In this document: positions 27,378-35,852 of the stretch, piece after piece
Position numbering within the stretch: the first letter of the stretch is position 1
Layout: each line of letters starts with the position of its first letter
NCBI GenBank assembly: GCA_018063125.1
Contig: JAGOQY010000001.1
Coordinates: 1 to 61,773, forward strand
Source of the DNA: Patescibacteria group bacterium
GTDB lineage: Bacteria; Patescibacteriota; Patescibacteriia; 2-12-FULL-60-25
Length of the DNA: 61,773 nucleotides
Direction of reading: 5' to 3'
Notes under the pieces: generated by a model
Seen by the model: only the letters and a program-made list of their open reading frames with translations
Databases searched by the model: none
What the model was told of the DNA's origin: nothing
Made by a program: the position numbers and the translations under genes

Positions 27378-27704
27378 ATGACCGAAGAGAAGAAGGTTCC
27401 CGAAGAGATGTTCACGCCCCAGACGATCCCGCCGTTCGTGATCGACACGATTCAGTCGCTCCCAGAGATGGAGCGAAAGGTGATCGAGCTCCGTCTCGGC
27501 TTCGACGAGCCGCGCGGAAGCGTCCCATATGGGATCATCGCTCAGCGGCTGAAGTGTCTGCCGCACATCGTTCGACGATCCGAGCAGGAAGCGCTTCGCA
27601 AGTTGCGGGAAGCGTTTCCTCCGAACATCTACGAGTCCTTGCGCCTCACGCTCGGTCGCTGGTTCGGCTCGGACCAGGCTTCTGCTCCTCAGCACGTCGC
27701 ATGA
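27378..27704 (+). CDS. Stand-alone sigma-70 region 4-like HTH protein (108 aa)
   Basis: ERKVIELRLGFDEPRGSVPYGIIAQRLKCLPHIVRRSEQEALRKLRE parallels RpoD region 4.2 (ER.VL.LRFGL....TL.EIG....VTRERIRQIE.KALRKLR). No region 2 is present. Confidence 0.6.
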   Translation: MTEEKKVPEEMFTPQTIPPFVIDTIQSLPEMERKVIELRLGFDEPRGSVPYGIIAQRLKCLPHIVRRSEQEALRKLREAFPPNIYESLRLTLGRWFGSDQASAPQHVA

Positions 27705-27803
27705 CGACTCCTCATGACCCGCCTCATCTCAGAGGCGGGTTTGTGCTTGATAGAGGGGGAGAGGCGTGGTACGAAACGAGCAGTTCTTTTGAAAGGAGTC
27801 TGC

Positions 27804-28604
27804 ATGAGTTCGAAACGAGGAGCGGTCTTCTTTGACTGCGACGGAACGTTATTTCGTGATCATCTGGTCGTCTTGTGGCTGAAAGAGCTGATCCGGATGA
27901 AGCATCTTCCGGAGGACGCCCTTGCGGAGTGCGTTGGGGCGTACGAGCGCTTCTTGCATCGACAAGAGACATTCGACGCGTACGCACAAGCTGTCATCCG
28001 GATTCTGTTCAACGACATCGTGAATCTGCATGCGGGAGAAGCGCGAGCCGCGGGGACGCGTGTGGTGAAGAGGCACGGAGCTCGCGTTCACGTGTTCCCT
28101 CGAGAACTGTGCGCATCCGCGCGAGAAAACGAGTTTTCCGTTTTTGCGATCTCTGGGTCGCCGCTGGATGTCGTTCAGCCGTTCGCGGATCTGTACGGGA
28201 TGCACGGAGCGCTCGGGACGACATTCCATCAGACGTCGGACCGCTACGTCGGCGGGATCGTTCTCGATTGGATCAAGGACTCCGGAAAAGGGAGAGCGGT
28301 CGATCATTTCACGAGCGCGTGTGAGATCGATCTCGCACAATCCGTTGCCATCGGAGATACCACGGGAGACGTCTCGATGCTCGAGAAGGTCGGGTACCCC
28401 ATGTGTTTCAATCCAAATCGCGAACTGCTCGTCGTGGCGAAAGAACGACGTTGGCCGTTTGTCGTCGAGCGAAAAGATGTCTGCTACATCCATGCGTGGG
28501 ACAAGGAAAGGGAGGCGTACCAGCTTGTCGATGTCATGGACGGGATTCTTCCGGAGGGGTTGTCGACGGCTTTTCAGTCGCGGTACCGCGCACATTTTGG
28601 GTAG
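27804..28604 (+). CDS. HAD-superfamily hydrolase (subfamily IB-like)
   Basis: FFDCDGTLF (DxDxT), ISGS, IGDTTGDVSML. SD GAAAGGAG upstream of the ATG at 27804. Confidence 0.8.
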   Translation: MSSKRGAVFFDCDGTLFRDHLVVLWLKELIRMKHLPEDALAECVGAYERFLHRQETFDAYAQAVIRILFNDIVNLHAGEARAAGTRVVKRHGARVHVFPRELCASARENEFSVFAISGSPLDVVQPFADLYGMHGALGTTFHQTSDRYVGGIVLDWIKDSGKGRAVDHFTSACEIDLAQSVAIGDTTGDVSMLEKVGYPMCFNPNRELLVVAKERRWPFVVERKDVCYIHAWDKEREAYQLVDVMDGILPEGLSTAFQSRYRAHFG

Positions 28605-28718
28605 TCGTTGTCCCGTTTCAGGTATCTGAGGCGGGATTTTTTGTTGGGGATAAGTTTGGAGTGTTTTTCCGTGATATACTTTCGACACAAATCGCCCCTT
28701 GGGCCCTATCTCAATTTT

Positions 28719-28961
28719 ATGAAAGTGACCGTCTACTCCACGCCGACCTGCCCGTACTGCAAACTCACCAAAGAGTTTCTGAAGGAAAAGGGGATTCCGT
28801 TTTCCGATGTTGATGTGTCTGCGGATCCTGCGGCGGCAAATGAGATGGTGAAAAAGTCTGGTCAGATGGGTGTACCCGTCATCGACGTGAACGGTTCTAT
28901 CATCGTGGGATGGAACAAGGGCGCGTTGGAAGAAGCGATCGGTCAGAAGCAAGCGGCGTAA
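28719..28961 (+). CDS. Glutaredoxin (NrdH/GrxC-like, 80 aa)
   Basis: VTVYSTPTCPYCKLTKEFL...GVPVIDVNG. Confidence 0.85.
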   Translation: MKVTVYSTPTCPYCKLTKEFLKEKGIPFSDVDVSADPAAANEMVKKSGQMGVPVIDVNGSIIVGWNKGALEEAIGQKQAA

Positions 28962-28973
28962 TCAACAAGACAT

Positions 28974-29008
28974 AAAAAATCCCTCCACGTTGGAGGGATT
29001 TTTATTTT
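28974..29008. terminator. Bidirectional rho-independent terminator (grx / sod)
   Basis: aaaaatccctcc-acgtt-ggagggattttt plus a T-run. Confidence 0.7.
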
Positions 29009-29019
29009 GATGATTCTGG

Positions 29020-29631
29020 TTACTTCGTCGCGGTTGCGTACAACTCGTTTGCTTTGTTCCAGTTGAAGTTCTTCCAGAAGTCGGCGATGTAGGCTTTGCG
29101 ATCTGATCCGTAATCGATGAAGTAGGCGTGTTCGTAGACGTCCATCACGATGATTGGCATACATCCCCAGATCCCGCCCTGGTTGTGTGTGTCTGCCTGG
29201 TAGACGCAGAGCGCCTGTTCTTTCGTGTCCCAGCAGAGAACGACCCATCCGCGTGCGGCCATTCCGCAGGCGGAGAAATACGCGACGAAGTTTTCGATGG
29301 AGCCGTAGTCTTTCGCAAGAGCTTCGACGAGCGCACCGGATGGTTGTCCATCGCCGCCAAGAACATCAAAGTAGTATTCATGAAGATAGACGCCGTTCAC
29401 CGCGAACGTTTCTCCATCCATGAGGCCACGAAGTTCGGAGTAGCTCTGATTTGCAGACGCATAATCTCCCTTTTCGATGAGCGCCTGGAGTTTTTCTTGA
29501 ATCTCATTCTTTTTCGTCACGTATCCCGCGTACAACTTGTCGTGATGAATCGTGAGCGTTTTCTCGGAGATGCCCTGGAGCGATCCCGGCGCAAACGTCA
29601 GCGCTTTGGATTCTGATTTCTTGGGGTTCAT
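29020..29631 (-). CDS. Superoxide dismutase (Fe/Mn family)
   Basis: IHHDKLYAGYV, GWVVLCWD, DVYEHAYFIDY. Metal specificity cannot be called by eye. Confidence 0.95.
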   Translation of the reverse strand: MNPKKSESKALTFAPGSLQGISEKTLTIHHDKLYAGYVTKKNEIQEKLQALIEKGDYASANQSYSELRGLMDGETFAVNGVYLHEYYFDVLGGDGQPSGALVEALAKDYGSIENFVAYFSACGMAARGWVVLCWDTKEQALCVYQADTHNQGGIWGCMPIIVMDVYEHAYFIDYGSDRKAYIADFWKNFNWNKANELYATATK

Positions 29632-29635
29632 AGGT

Positions 29636-30106
29636 TTATGAGTTTGCCGCGTTCATGGCCTTGAGAATGTCAGTATTCTTTGGCATGCCGCGTTTGAGAT
29701 AAACGATCTTTCCTTTTTTATCGATTCCCACGACCGAGCGCTTGATGATTCTCGCTTTGAAAAAGGTTTTCATCGCGCCGTACTTCGTGCTGATTTTTTT
29801 GTCGGTATCGACAAGGATTGGAAACGGGAATCCGTAGGCTTTCGAGAACTTTTGATGGCTCTCGGCATCGCCGTGATTGACTCCAAAGACCACCGTATCT
29901 GCTGAAACGAATTTCGACCAGTCATCACGGATCGCACAAAGTTGCATCGTACAGCCCGGCGTCATGTCCCCAGGATAGAAGACGAGCACGACGTTTTTCT
30001 TATCTTTGAAACTTGAGAGCGCGATGGAGTCTCCTTTTTCTGTTTTTAGCGTAAACGCGGGAGCGATAGATCCAACGGCCAGCTCTTTTTTCGTGGGTTC
30101 GATCAT
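29636..30106 (-). CDS. bcp: Thiol peroxidase Bcp (peroxiredoxin)
   Basis: VLVFYPGDMTPGCTMQLC (PxxxTxxC). 4 nt upstream of sod. Confidence 0.9.
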   Translation of the reverse strand: MIEPTKKELAVGSIAPAFTLKTEKGDSIALSSFKDKKNVVLVFYPGDMTPGCTMQLCAIRDDWSKFVSADTVVFGVNHGDAESHQKFSKAYGFPFPILVDTDKKISTKYGAMKTFFKARIIKRSVVGIDKKGKIVYLKRGMPKNTDILKAMNAANS

Positions 30107-30189
30107 AGCTCTGCGATTGTAGGACGCTGAACCCGCTCGTACAAGCGATGGTTGCGGGATTCCAGCGGGTTTCGTACGCTGGACTTCCT

Positions 30190-31032
30190 ATGCGCAAGAT
30201 CTCTCTTCTTCCTGTATTTCTCGCCGTTTCGCTGATTGGCGCCGGATGTTCCGGAAAGACGGCACCTTCTGGCACGCCGGAGGGCGTTCCGGCCGGTCCG
30301 AAGCCTGCGACGTTCGAATCGCTTTCTCCGGCAGAGGCCGCGAAGAAGATCAATTTCACGGCAGGAAATATTCTCGTGATGAAGCAATCGTTCTCTGGTT
30401 CTGGAGCGGAGATCGCGGAGAAGCTTGGTTGGGGAAAAGAGCTGACGCGTACGATCGTGATTCGACGCTTCGCTCCGAAAAATCGCGCGGATCTGGAATG
30501 GAAGATTTCGACCGAAGGCGCGACGGGAACGAAGCAGTACGTGGGAGCCGTGCTTGACGGGCGTCTCACAAATTCTCCTGACATTCTTTCTCCATCGCTT
30601 TGGACCGAAGGCGAAAAGAACGCGTTGGGTTCATCATTGATCTGGTTGTCGTCGGATGTGTTTGAGAATTTTTCTCGATCGAAATCAAGCGTGTTGAGAA
30701 TCGATTTGGATGAATTGCCTGCGCAGTTGGAGCTCACGAAGGATCCGTATGTGAAGGGGATCAACGCGCTGAAGGCAGAAGTGAAGAAGATTATCGATCG
30801 AACAGACGTGTATTATGCGACGGCGAAAGATCTATCAACACGCAAGCTGATGGTGAATGGAAAAGAAATTGAGGTCGAAGTGTTGACGATCCAAAGCTGG
30901 TTCGGAGAATTCACGGTGTTGAATAATCCACAGAATCCTCTCGTCCTCGAATTCAAGAGTACGCTGCCACCGAAGACGTTGGATGGATTCCTCGACTTCC
31001 GGATCGAGGAACTCAAAGAGCTCCAAGAATAA
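30190..31032 (+). CDS. Hypothetical lipoprotein (280 aa)
   Basis: MRKISLLPVFLAVSLIGAG|C lipobox. No other motif. Confidence 0.6.
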   Translation: MRKISLLPVFLAVSLIGAGCSGKTAPSGTPEGVPAGPKPATFESLSPAEAAKKINFTAGNILVMKQSFSGSGAEIAEKLGWGKELTRTIVIRRFAPKNRADLEWKISTEGATGTKQYVGAVLDGRLTNSPDILSPSLWTEGEKNALGSSLIWLSSDVFENFSRSKSSVLRIDLDELPAQLELTKDPYVKGINALKAEVKKIIDRTDVYYATAKDLSTRKLMVNGKEIEVEVLTIQSWFGEFTVLNNPQNPLVLEFKSTLPPKTLDGFLDFRIEELKELQE

Positions 31033-31037
31033 AAATC

Positions 31038-31067
31038 GCCCCCGAGACTCAGGTCTCGGGGGCTTTT
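31038..31067. terminator. Bidirectional rho-independent terminator
   Basis: gcccccgagac-tcag-gtctcgggggc with a T-run downstream and an A-run upstream. Confidence 0.75.
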
Positions 31068-31095
31068 GGAGAGAGGCGGCGCTTGCCGGCGATGT

Positions 31096-31335
31096 TCAGT
31101 TCGGCGGAGCGGTGGTGATGTTGTCCTTGCCCGGCTTCTCGATCCGACGACGGGCGATGCGCGTGCGCAGGACCGGCGGGAAGTCCGCACTCGTGTTCAT
31201 CGAGGGCGGGGTGGAAGAGGTGCGGCGGGGCGCGCTGTCGGGACCGTGGGCCTCGACCACGTGGTCGTCGATCTCGGACTGCTTCACCTTGCGGGACTTC
31301 TTGCCGTTGAACGTAGCATCGTACCGATCACGCAT
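31096..31335 (-). CDS. Small basic, low-complexity protein (79 aa); could alternatively be a non-coding transcript
   Basis: AAGGAG 7 nt before the ATG. Own promoter-like element upstream and a terminator downstream. Visibly GC-rich. Confidence 0.4.
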   Translation of the reverse strand: MRDRYDATFNGKKSRKVKQSEIDDHVVEAHGPDSAPRRTSSTPPSMNTSADFPPVLRTRIARRRIEKPGKDNITTAPPN

Positions 31336-31371
31336 TCGATATCTCCTTGAACGAGAGAAAACAGCTCAGGA

Positions 31372-31400
31372 AAGATACGTGTTTTTTCGATGTTTGTCAA
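31372..31400 (-). promoter_or_regulatory. Near-consensus sigma70-type promoter for the 79-aa minigene
   Basis: On the minus strand: TTGACA, 17-nt spacer, TATCTT. Lies between the stop of the upstream gene (31405) and the minigene. Confidence 0.45.
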
Positions 31401-31404
31401 CGCC

Positions 31405-32166
31405 TCACTTCGCGGCTCGCGCTTGGTGCGGATAGAGTCGTCGGTAATACGCGAGGTCTCGAACGGGACGCAGGGCTTCGATCTCTTCAAATAGCCCCTT
31501 GGTTGCGGGGTGTTTTTTCACGTCATCCCAGGTGAGTCCGTGCATCGCGATCGCTTTTTTCAGCTCATGCCACGCGCCCGCCATCAGAGATTCTACGGAA
31601 GTGGTTGTGTTCTCCAGTGACTCGCCAATTTTTCCCGCGTACAACTCTCGTTCAATTCGATCGATGTCTGCGAGAAGCTGATCGCGATTTTCCGCGTGTT
31701 CTTTGGCAGTGTCTGGATCGGCATTTCGAATTTTCCAGAGCCAGTCGGCCTGTTCGCGTTCTCGAACGGTTCCGAGTCCAGCGACAGCGGTGCGATCATC
31801 CAAGCGTTCGTAGGTCATCCAGGATCCGGCGCGGATCATTCCACGAATTTCATTTAATTCTGCGGCATCTGCTCCTTCTGTTCGTTTGAGGCGATACAGT
31901 TCTTCCAAAAGAAGCGGTTCGTATTTCCACGGATCGCATCGATACAGATTTGAGCAGGCTTCCACGTGCCCGCGATCCTCCAACCATTTGTGGAGATCGG
32001 TGACGGAATGCATGTGCTCGAGTGGAGCTTTTTCTTTTCGTTCGGCTTCACGCTGTGCACGAAGTCGTTCGGCTTCGCCAGGGGCTTTCGATCCACGTGT
32101 CCGGGTTTCAAACACGCCGCGTTTCGCGGAGGGCTTGAAGGGATTCCCGGGAGATTCAGATCGCAT
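31405..32166 (-). CDS. Hypothetical protein (253 aa), co-oriented 3 nt after era
   Basis: ATG start and non-repetitive charged helical sequence. No motif recognised. Confidence 0.6.
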   Translation of the reverse strand: MRSESPGNPFKPSAKRGVFETRTRGSKAPGEAERLRAQREAERKEKAPLEHMHSVTDLHKWLEDRGHVEACSNLYRCDPWKYEPLLLEELYRLKRTEGADAAELNEIRGMIRAGSWMTYERLDDRTAVAGLGTVREREQADWLWKIRNADPDTAKEHAENRDQLLADIDRIERELYAGKIGESLENTTTSVESLMAGAWHELKKAIAMHGLTWDDVKKHPATKGLFEEIEALRPVRDLAYYRRLYPHQARAAK

Positions 32167-32169
32167 GGA

Positions 32170-33021
32170 CTAGGAGGCGAAACGTTGTGGCCACTTGGGA
32201 TCGACTTTGACTTCGAGTTTCAAGAAAACTTTGGAATTCATTGCGGCTTCCAGTTCTTCCCGCGCCGCCGATCCAACACGTTTGAGCATTTCTGCTTTTT
32301 TTCCGATGACGATTCCTTTGTAGCGCTCTTCCGTGGTCCAGACTGTCGCTTCGATGTAGCGAGAGCCGTCCGGTCGCGGTTCAATGGATTCGATCGTCAC
32401 GTGAATCGAGTAGGGAAGTTCCTGTTCGAGATTCAGAAACAGTTTCTCACGAATGAGTTCTGCAATCCACTGGGAGTGTTCAATGTCTGTGAGCTGATGT
32501 TCCGGATAGTAGGGGACGTCGTCTTTCAAGATCGAAAAAATCGCATCGACAAGCGCGTTGAGATTTTTGCGTTTAAGCGCGCTCACTTCGAGCGTTGTCA
32601 CCTGTCCGACATCGATGATGTTCGCGGAAGCCGTTTGACCTGGGCGTGCCAGATCCATTTTGTTGATCGCAAGGATGACGGGGATCGTGACCGCACGAAG
32701 CATCTTTCGAATCACTTCTTCTTCCGCGCCTGCTTCACGTGTCGGATCCACGACGTAGACAATCGCATCCACGCCTTCGAGTGTTTCTTTCACGAAGTCG
32801 TTGAGCTTGTTCGAGACGATATCTTTCTTTCCCAAAAAGACACCGGGAGTATCGACGAATACGATTTGGCCTCGCTGTTCATGCAAGATGCCGCGAATTG
32901 GTCGGCGAGTTGTTTGTGGCTTTGGCGTTACGATGGCGACTTTTGTGCCAATCAGCTCATTTAACAACGTGGATTTCCCCACGTTTGATCGTCCTGCCAG
33001 CATCACGAATCCGGATTTCAT
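32170..33021 (-). CDS. era: GTPase Era
   Basis: G1 GRSNVGKST, G3 DTPG, G4 NKMD, and a C-terminal KH-like region. Confidence 0.95.
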   Translation of the reverse strand: MKSGFVMLAGRSNVGKSTLLNELIGTKVAIVTPKPQTTRRPIRGILHEQRGQIVFVDTPGVFLGKKDIVSNKLNDFVKETLEGVDAIVYVVDPTREAGAEEEVIRKMLRAVTIPVILAINKMDLARPGQTASANIIDVGQVTTLEVSALKRKNLNALVDAIFSILKDDVPYYPEHQLTDIEHSQWIAELIREKLFLNLEQELPYSIHVTIESIEPRPDGSRYIEATVWTTEERYKGIVIGKKAEMLKRVGSAAREELEAAMNSKVFLKLEVKVDPKWPQRFAS

Positions 33022-33030
33022 TCGATTGGA

Positions 33031-34374
33031 TTATAGCAGAGTTAGCTTCGCAATAACTTCGACGTGTGGCGTATGCGGAAAGAGATCGATCGCCGTTAAA
33101 AATTCGACGCGATAACTTTCTTTTAGCATCTTCAATTCCTCGACGAGACGATGATAGTTACATGAAACGTAGACCAGTGTTTTGGGTTTCATCTCACGAA
33201 TCGTCTTGAGCACTTTTGGATGAAGTCCAGAGCGTGGGGGATCGAGGATCACGACATCCGCAGAAATTTCTTTCCATGACAAATCTTCGGCCGGACCTGC
33301 GGTGAAATCGCAACGATCTGCGACGCCATTTTGTTTCGCATTGAATTTCGCGAGCTCGATCGCTTCAGCATCGATTTCGAATCCAGAGATTTTCATCTCG
33401 GGATTTTTCTTTGCAAGAGCGATTCCAAAAAAGCCGAGACCGCAATAGAGATCCAAGAGATGAGCGGGCGCGCCGACAAGTTCTCCAACGAGCTGTTGAA
33501 GTTTCTCTGCCATGGCGGTGTTCGTCTGGAAAAAAGAATTCGGATGAATGCGATAGCGGATTCCGTTGGTTTCTTCTTCGAACCAAGGCTCACCGATGAG
33601 TGCTTCAAACGTTTGTGCTTGAGAGAGGTCTGTCTGAAGAGATTGTTCACCGAGCAAAAGCGTTGTGCAGAGATTCTTCAGTCGTTCCGCGAGGTCAGTC
33701 TTCATTTCTGCGGTCGCACGCGTTGCATCCTTGATGACGACGCTCACGAGTCGCTGATTCGTTCGCTGTCCATCGCGAACTACGACATAGCGAATATCGC
33801 CGGTGTAATATTTTCCATCCCACGGCTGGAGATCGTGCGCGTGCATCCATTCTTTCACGGCATGAAGAATTGGCGCTGGATCTTCTTTCAATAAAAGACA
33901 TGTCTTCACATCGACGTAGCGATTCCAGGATCCGTATTCTTTCAATCCAATCTCGCCGTTCCAACCGACCGCGTAATCCATCCGGTTTCGATGTTTGAAC
34001 TGTTCGACGGCCGGAACCACGGATTCAATGCGTTCGACATGTCCCGCCTGCTCGAACGCGGCGTTGACCATGGATTTTTTGAGATCAACTTGGGCGTCGT
34101 ATCCAAGATGTTGCCAGAGGCATCCGCCGCAGACTCCGGCGTGTGGGCACGGAGCTTCGACGCGGGATGGTCCCGGAGCCTGAACTTCTTCCAGACGGGC
34201 GATCTTGAAGCCGGAATCACGTTTTATGAAGGTGGCGGTCAATTCGTCTCCGATCGCGCTAAACGGAACCGCAACATTGCTTGTGGTTCCTTCATGATTG
34301 GAAATCGTAAACTGGCCACGACCCTTGGAGTCATAGCGTTCTACCTTTCCCGTGATCTTATGGCCGAATTTCAT
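33031..34374 (-). CDS. 23S rRNA (uracil-5-)-methyltransferase RlmD/RumA family
   Basis: TRAM-like N-terminus, Fe-S Cys cluster CPHAGVCGGCLWQH, DLYCGLGFFG, DPPRSG, YVSCN. Confidence 0.9.
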   Translation of the reverse strand: MKFGHKITGKVERYDSKGRGQFTISNHEGTTSNVAVPFSAIGDELTATFIKRDSGFKIARLEEVQAPGPSRVEAPCPHAGVCGGCLWQHLGYDAQVDLKKSMVNAAFEQAGHVERIESVVPAVEQFKHRNRMDYAVGWNGEIGLKEYGSWNRYVDVKTCLLLKEDPAPILHAVKEWMHAHDLQPWDGKYYTGDIRYVVVRDGQRTNQRLVSVVIKDATRATAEMKTDLAERLKNLCTTLLLGEQSLQTDLSQAQTFEALIGEPWFEEETNGIRYRIHPNSFFQTNTAMAEKLQQLVGELVGAPAHLLDLYCGLGFFGIALAKKNPEMKISGFEIDAEAIELAKFNAKQNGVADRCDFTAGPAEDLSWKEISADVVILDPPRSGLHPKVLKTIREMKPKTLVYVSCNYHRLVEELKMLKESYRVEFLTAIDLFPHTPHVEVIAKLTLL

Positions 34375-34428
34375 TCGGGCGGATCATACGCGTGATTGGC
34401 CGGATTGACAACCGGGGCGCGTCGGTCT

Positions 34429-34893
34429 ATGAAGCCTCAAATGACGCTTCATCTCATCGCCCACAACATTCGATCCGCGGAAAACGTGGGGTCGTTGTTT
34501 CGAACTTCGGATTCATTGGGGGTGACGAAGCTTTGGATTACGGGATACTCACCAACGCCAGAGCATGCAAAAGTGGAGAAGACGGCGCTGGGAGCTGAGC
34601 GAACGGTAGCCTGGGAGCAGGCGACGGATGTGGTGGAGGTGATCGATCGTCTCAAAGCAGAAGGATTTCGAATCGTTGGTCTTGAGCTCGATCGTCGATC
34701 TATTGATCTTACGCAGTTCGGCGCTCCAGAATGGACGGCACTTCTTTTGGGAAATGAAGTTGAAGGAATCCCGCCGTTTCTTTTGGATAAATGTGACGAT
34801 GTCGTATCTATCACACAAAAAGGGACAAAAGAATCCATGAACGTCGGCGTTGCGGCGGCGATTGCGTCGTATTGGATGTTGAACGCCGGGTAA
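34429..34893 (+). CDS. SpoU/TrmH-family RNA 2'-O-methyltransferase
   Basis: AHNIRSAENVGSLFRTSD, LLGNEVEGI, ESMNVGVAAAIA. ATG at 34429 (the track start is TTG). Confidence 0.8.
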   Translation: MKPQMTLHLIAHNIRSAENVGSLFRTSDSLGVTKLWITGYSPTPEHAKVEKTALGAERTVAWEQATDVVEVIDRLKAEGFRIVGLELDRRSIDLTQFGAPEWTALLLGNEVEGIPPFLLDKCDDVVSITQKGTKESMNVGVAAAIASYWMLNAG

Positions 34894-34911
34894 GATACTC
34901 TATCCTCATAC

Positions 34912-35634
34912 ATGCCTCGCGTATCGATTGTGATTCCCGTGAAGAACGAGGAGGCGCTTCTGCCAAAGCTCTTAGAATCTATTAAGAGCCAGACGTTGTC
35001 GGATTACGAAATCATTGTGGCGGATGCGCATTCGACAGATCGTACGAAAGAAATTGCGGAGGCTTCTGGGGCGCGGGTTGTCGAGGGTGGGATGCCCGGT
35101 CCAGGGCGGAATAAAGGGGCGTTGCATGCAAAGGGGGATATCGTGGCGTTTTTGGATGCAGATGTAGAACTTCCGTCGCCAAAATTTTTAGAAGATTGTC
35201 TGGCGGAAATGGATAAGAAAAAATTGGATGTCGCGACATGCAAGGTGAAGCCGCTTAGCAAGAAGCCAATCGATCATGCGTTGCATCGTGCATATAACGC
35301 GTATGTGATCGCGACGGAGAAAATTCGTCCGCACGCGCCGGGGTTTTGCATTTTGGTTCGTCAGAAGGCGCATCGAGGGATTCATGGATTTGATGAAGAG
35401 GTGGTGTTTGCCGAAGACCATGATTACGTTCAGCGTGCGCAAAAAAGCGGATTTAAATTTGGATTGCTACGTTCGCATCCGATCGCGGTGTCAGTTCGTC
35501 GACTCGAGAAGGACGGACGATTTGCGTTGGCGTTAAAGTATATTTTTGGAGAAGTACGGATGCTGACGACGGGGCCGATTAAAGATTTACCGTTTGAATA
35601 CGAGATGGGTGGGGAGGTAAAAAAGAAGAAATAG
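34912..35634 (+). CDS. Glycosyltransferase family 2
   Basis: VSIVIPVKNEE, ADAHSTDRT, FLDADV. Confidence 0.85.
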   Translation: MPRVSIVIPVKNEEALLPKLLESIKSQTLSDYEIIVADAHSTDRTKEIAEASGARVVEGGMPGPGRNKGALHAKGDIVAFLDADVELPSPKFLEDCLAEMDKKKLDVATCKVKPLSKKPIDHALHRAYNAYVIATEKIRPHAPGFCILVRQKAHRGIHGFDEEVVFAEDHDYVQRAQKSGFKFGLLRSHPIAVSVRRLEKDGRFALALKYIFGEVRMLTTGPIKDLPFEYEMGGEVKKKK

Positions 35635-35640
35635 TTTTAT

Positions 35641-35790
35641 GCCTTCGGCGAGTGACTTTTGACGGCAAAAGTCACCAAAACCGCTGGGGGTGCGTTAATC
35701 TGCGTGCGAGTTGGGGGACGTTGGCGATTTTACCGATGGGCAGATAACGCACCCCCAGACCCCCAGGGCGATTTTATGAGGTGGGGCAGG
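35641..35790 (+). promoter_or_regulatory. Highly structured intergenic element (candidate cis-regulatory RNA or REP-like element)
   Basis: 9-bp hairpin at 35652-35675. 18-bp long-range stem 35684-35702/35741-35758 with one bulge. Duplicated acccccag at 35751-35767. Direct repeat ggcgatttta at 35723-35732 and 35767-35776. Confidence 0.35.
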
Positions 35791-35852
35791 ACGAGTTGCG
35801 GACGGGATTATGAATCTGTACCGATTTCGGTGAAGCTGGCACAATCGGGCGC

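Noticed and set aside
27849-28952. 367-aa ORF on the minus strand spanning the HAD hydrolase and glutaredoxin genes
   Set aside because: Its sequence is Arg/Pro/His-rich and low-complexity with no motifs. The plus-strand frames carry clear HAD (DxDxT, GDxxxD) and glutaredoxin (CPYC) signatures. It is a typical antisense shadow ORF of GC-rich coding sequence.
31966-32964. 332-aa plus-strand ORF antisense to era and its downstream ORFan
   Set aside because: The opposite strand encodes Era with intact G1, G3 and G4 motifs. The plus-strand product is Phe/Arg/Cys-rich with no recognisable domain.
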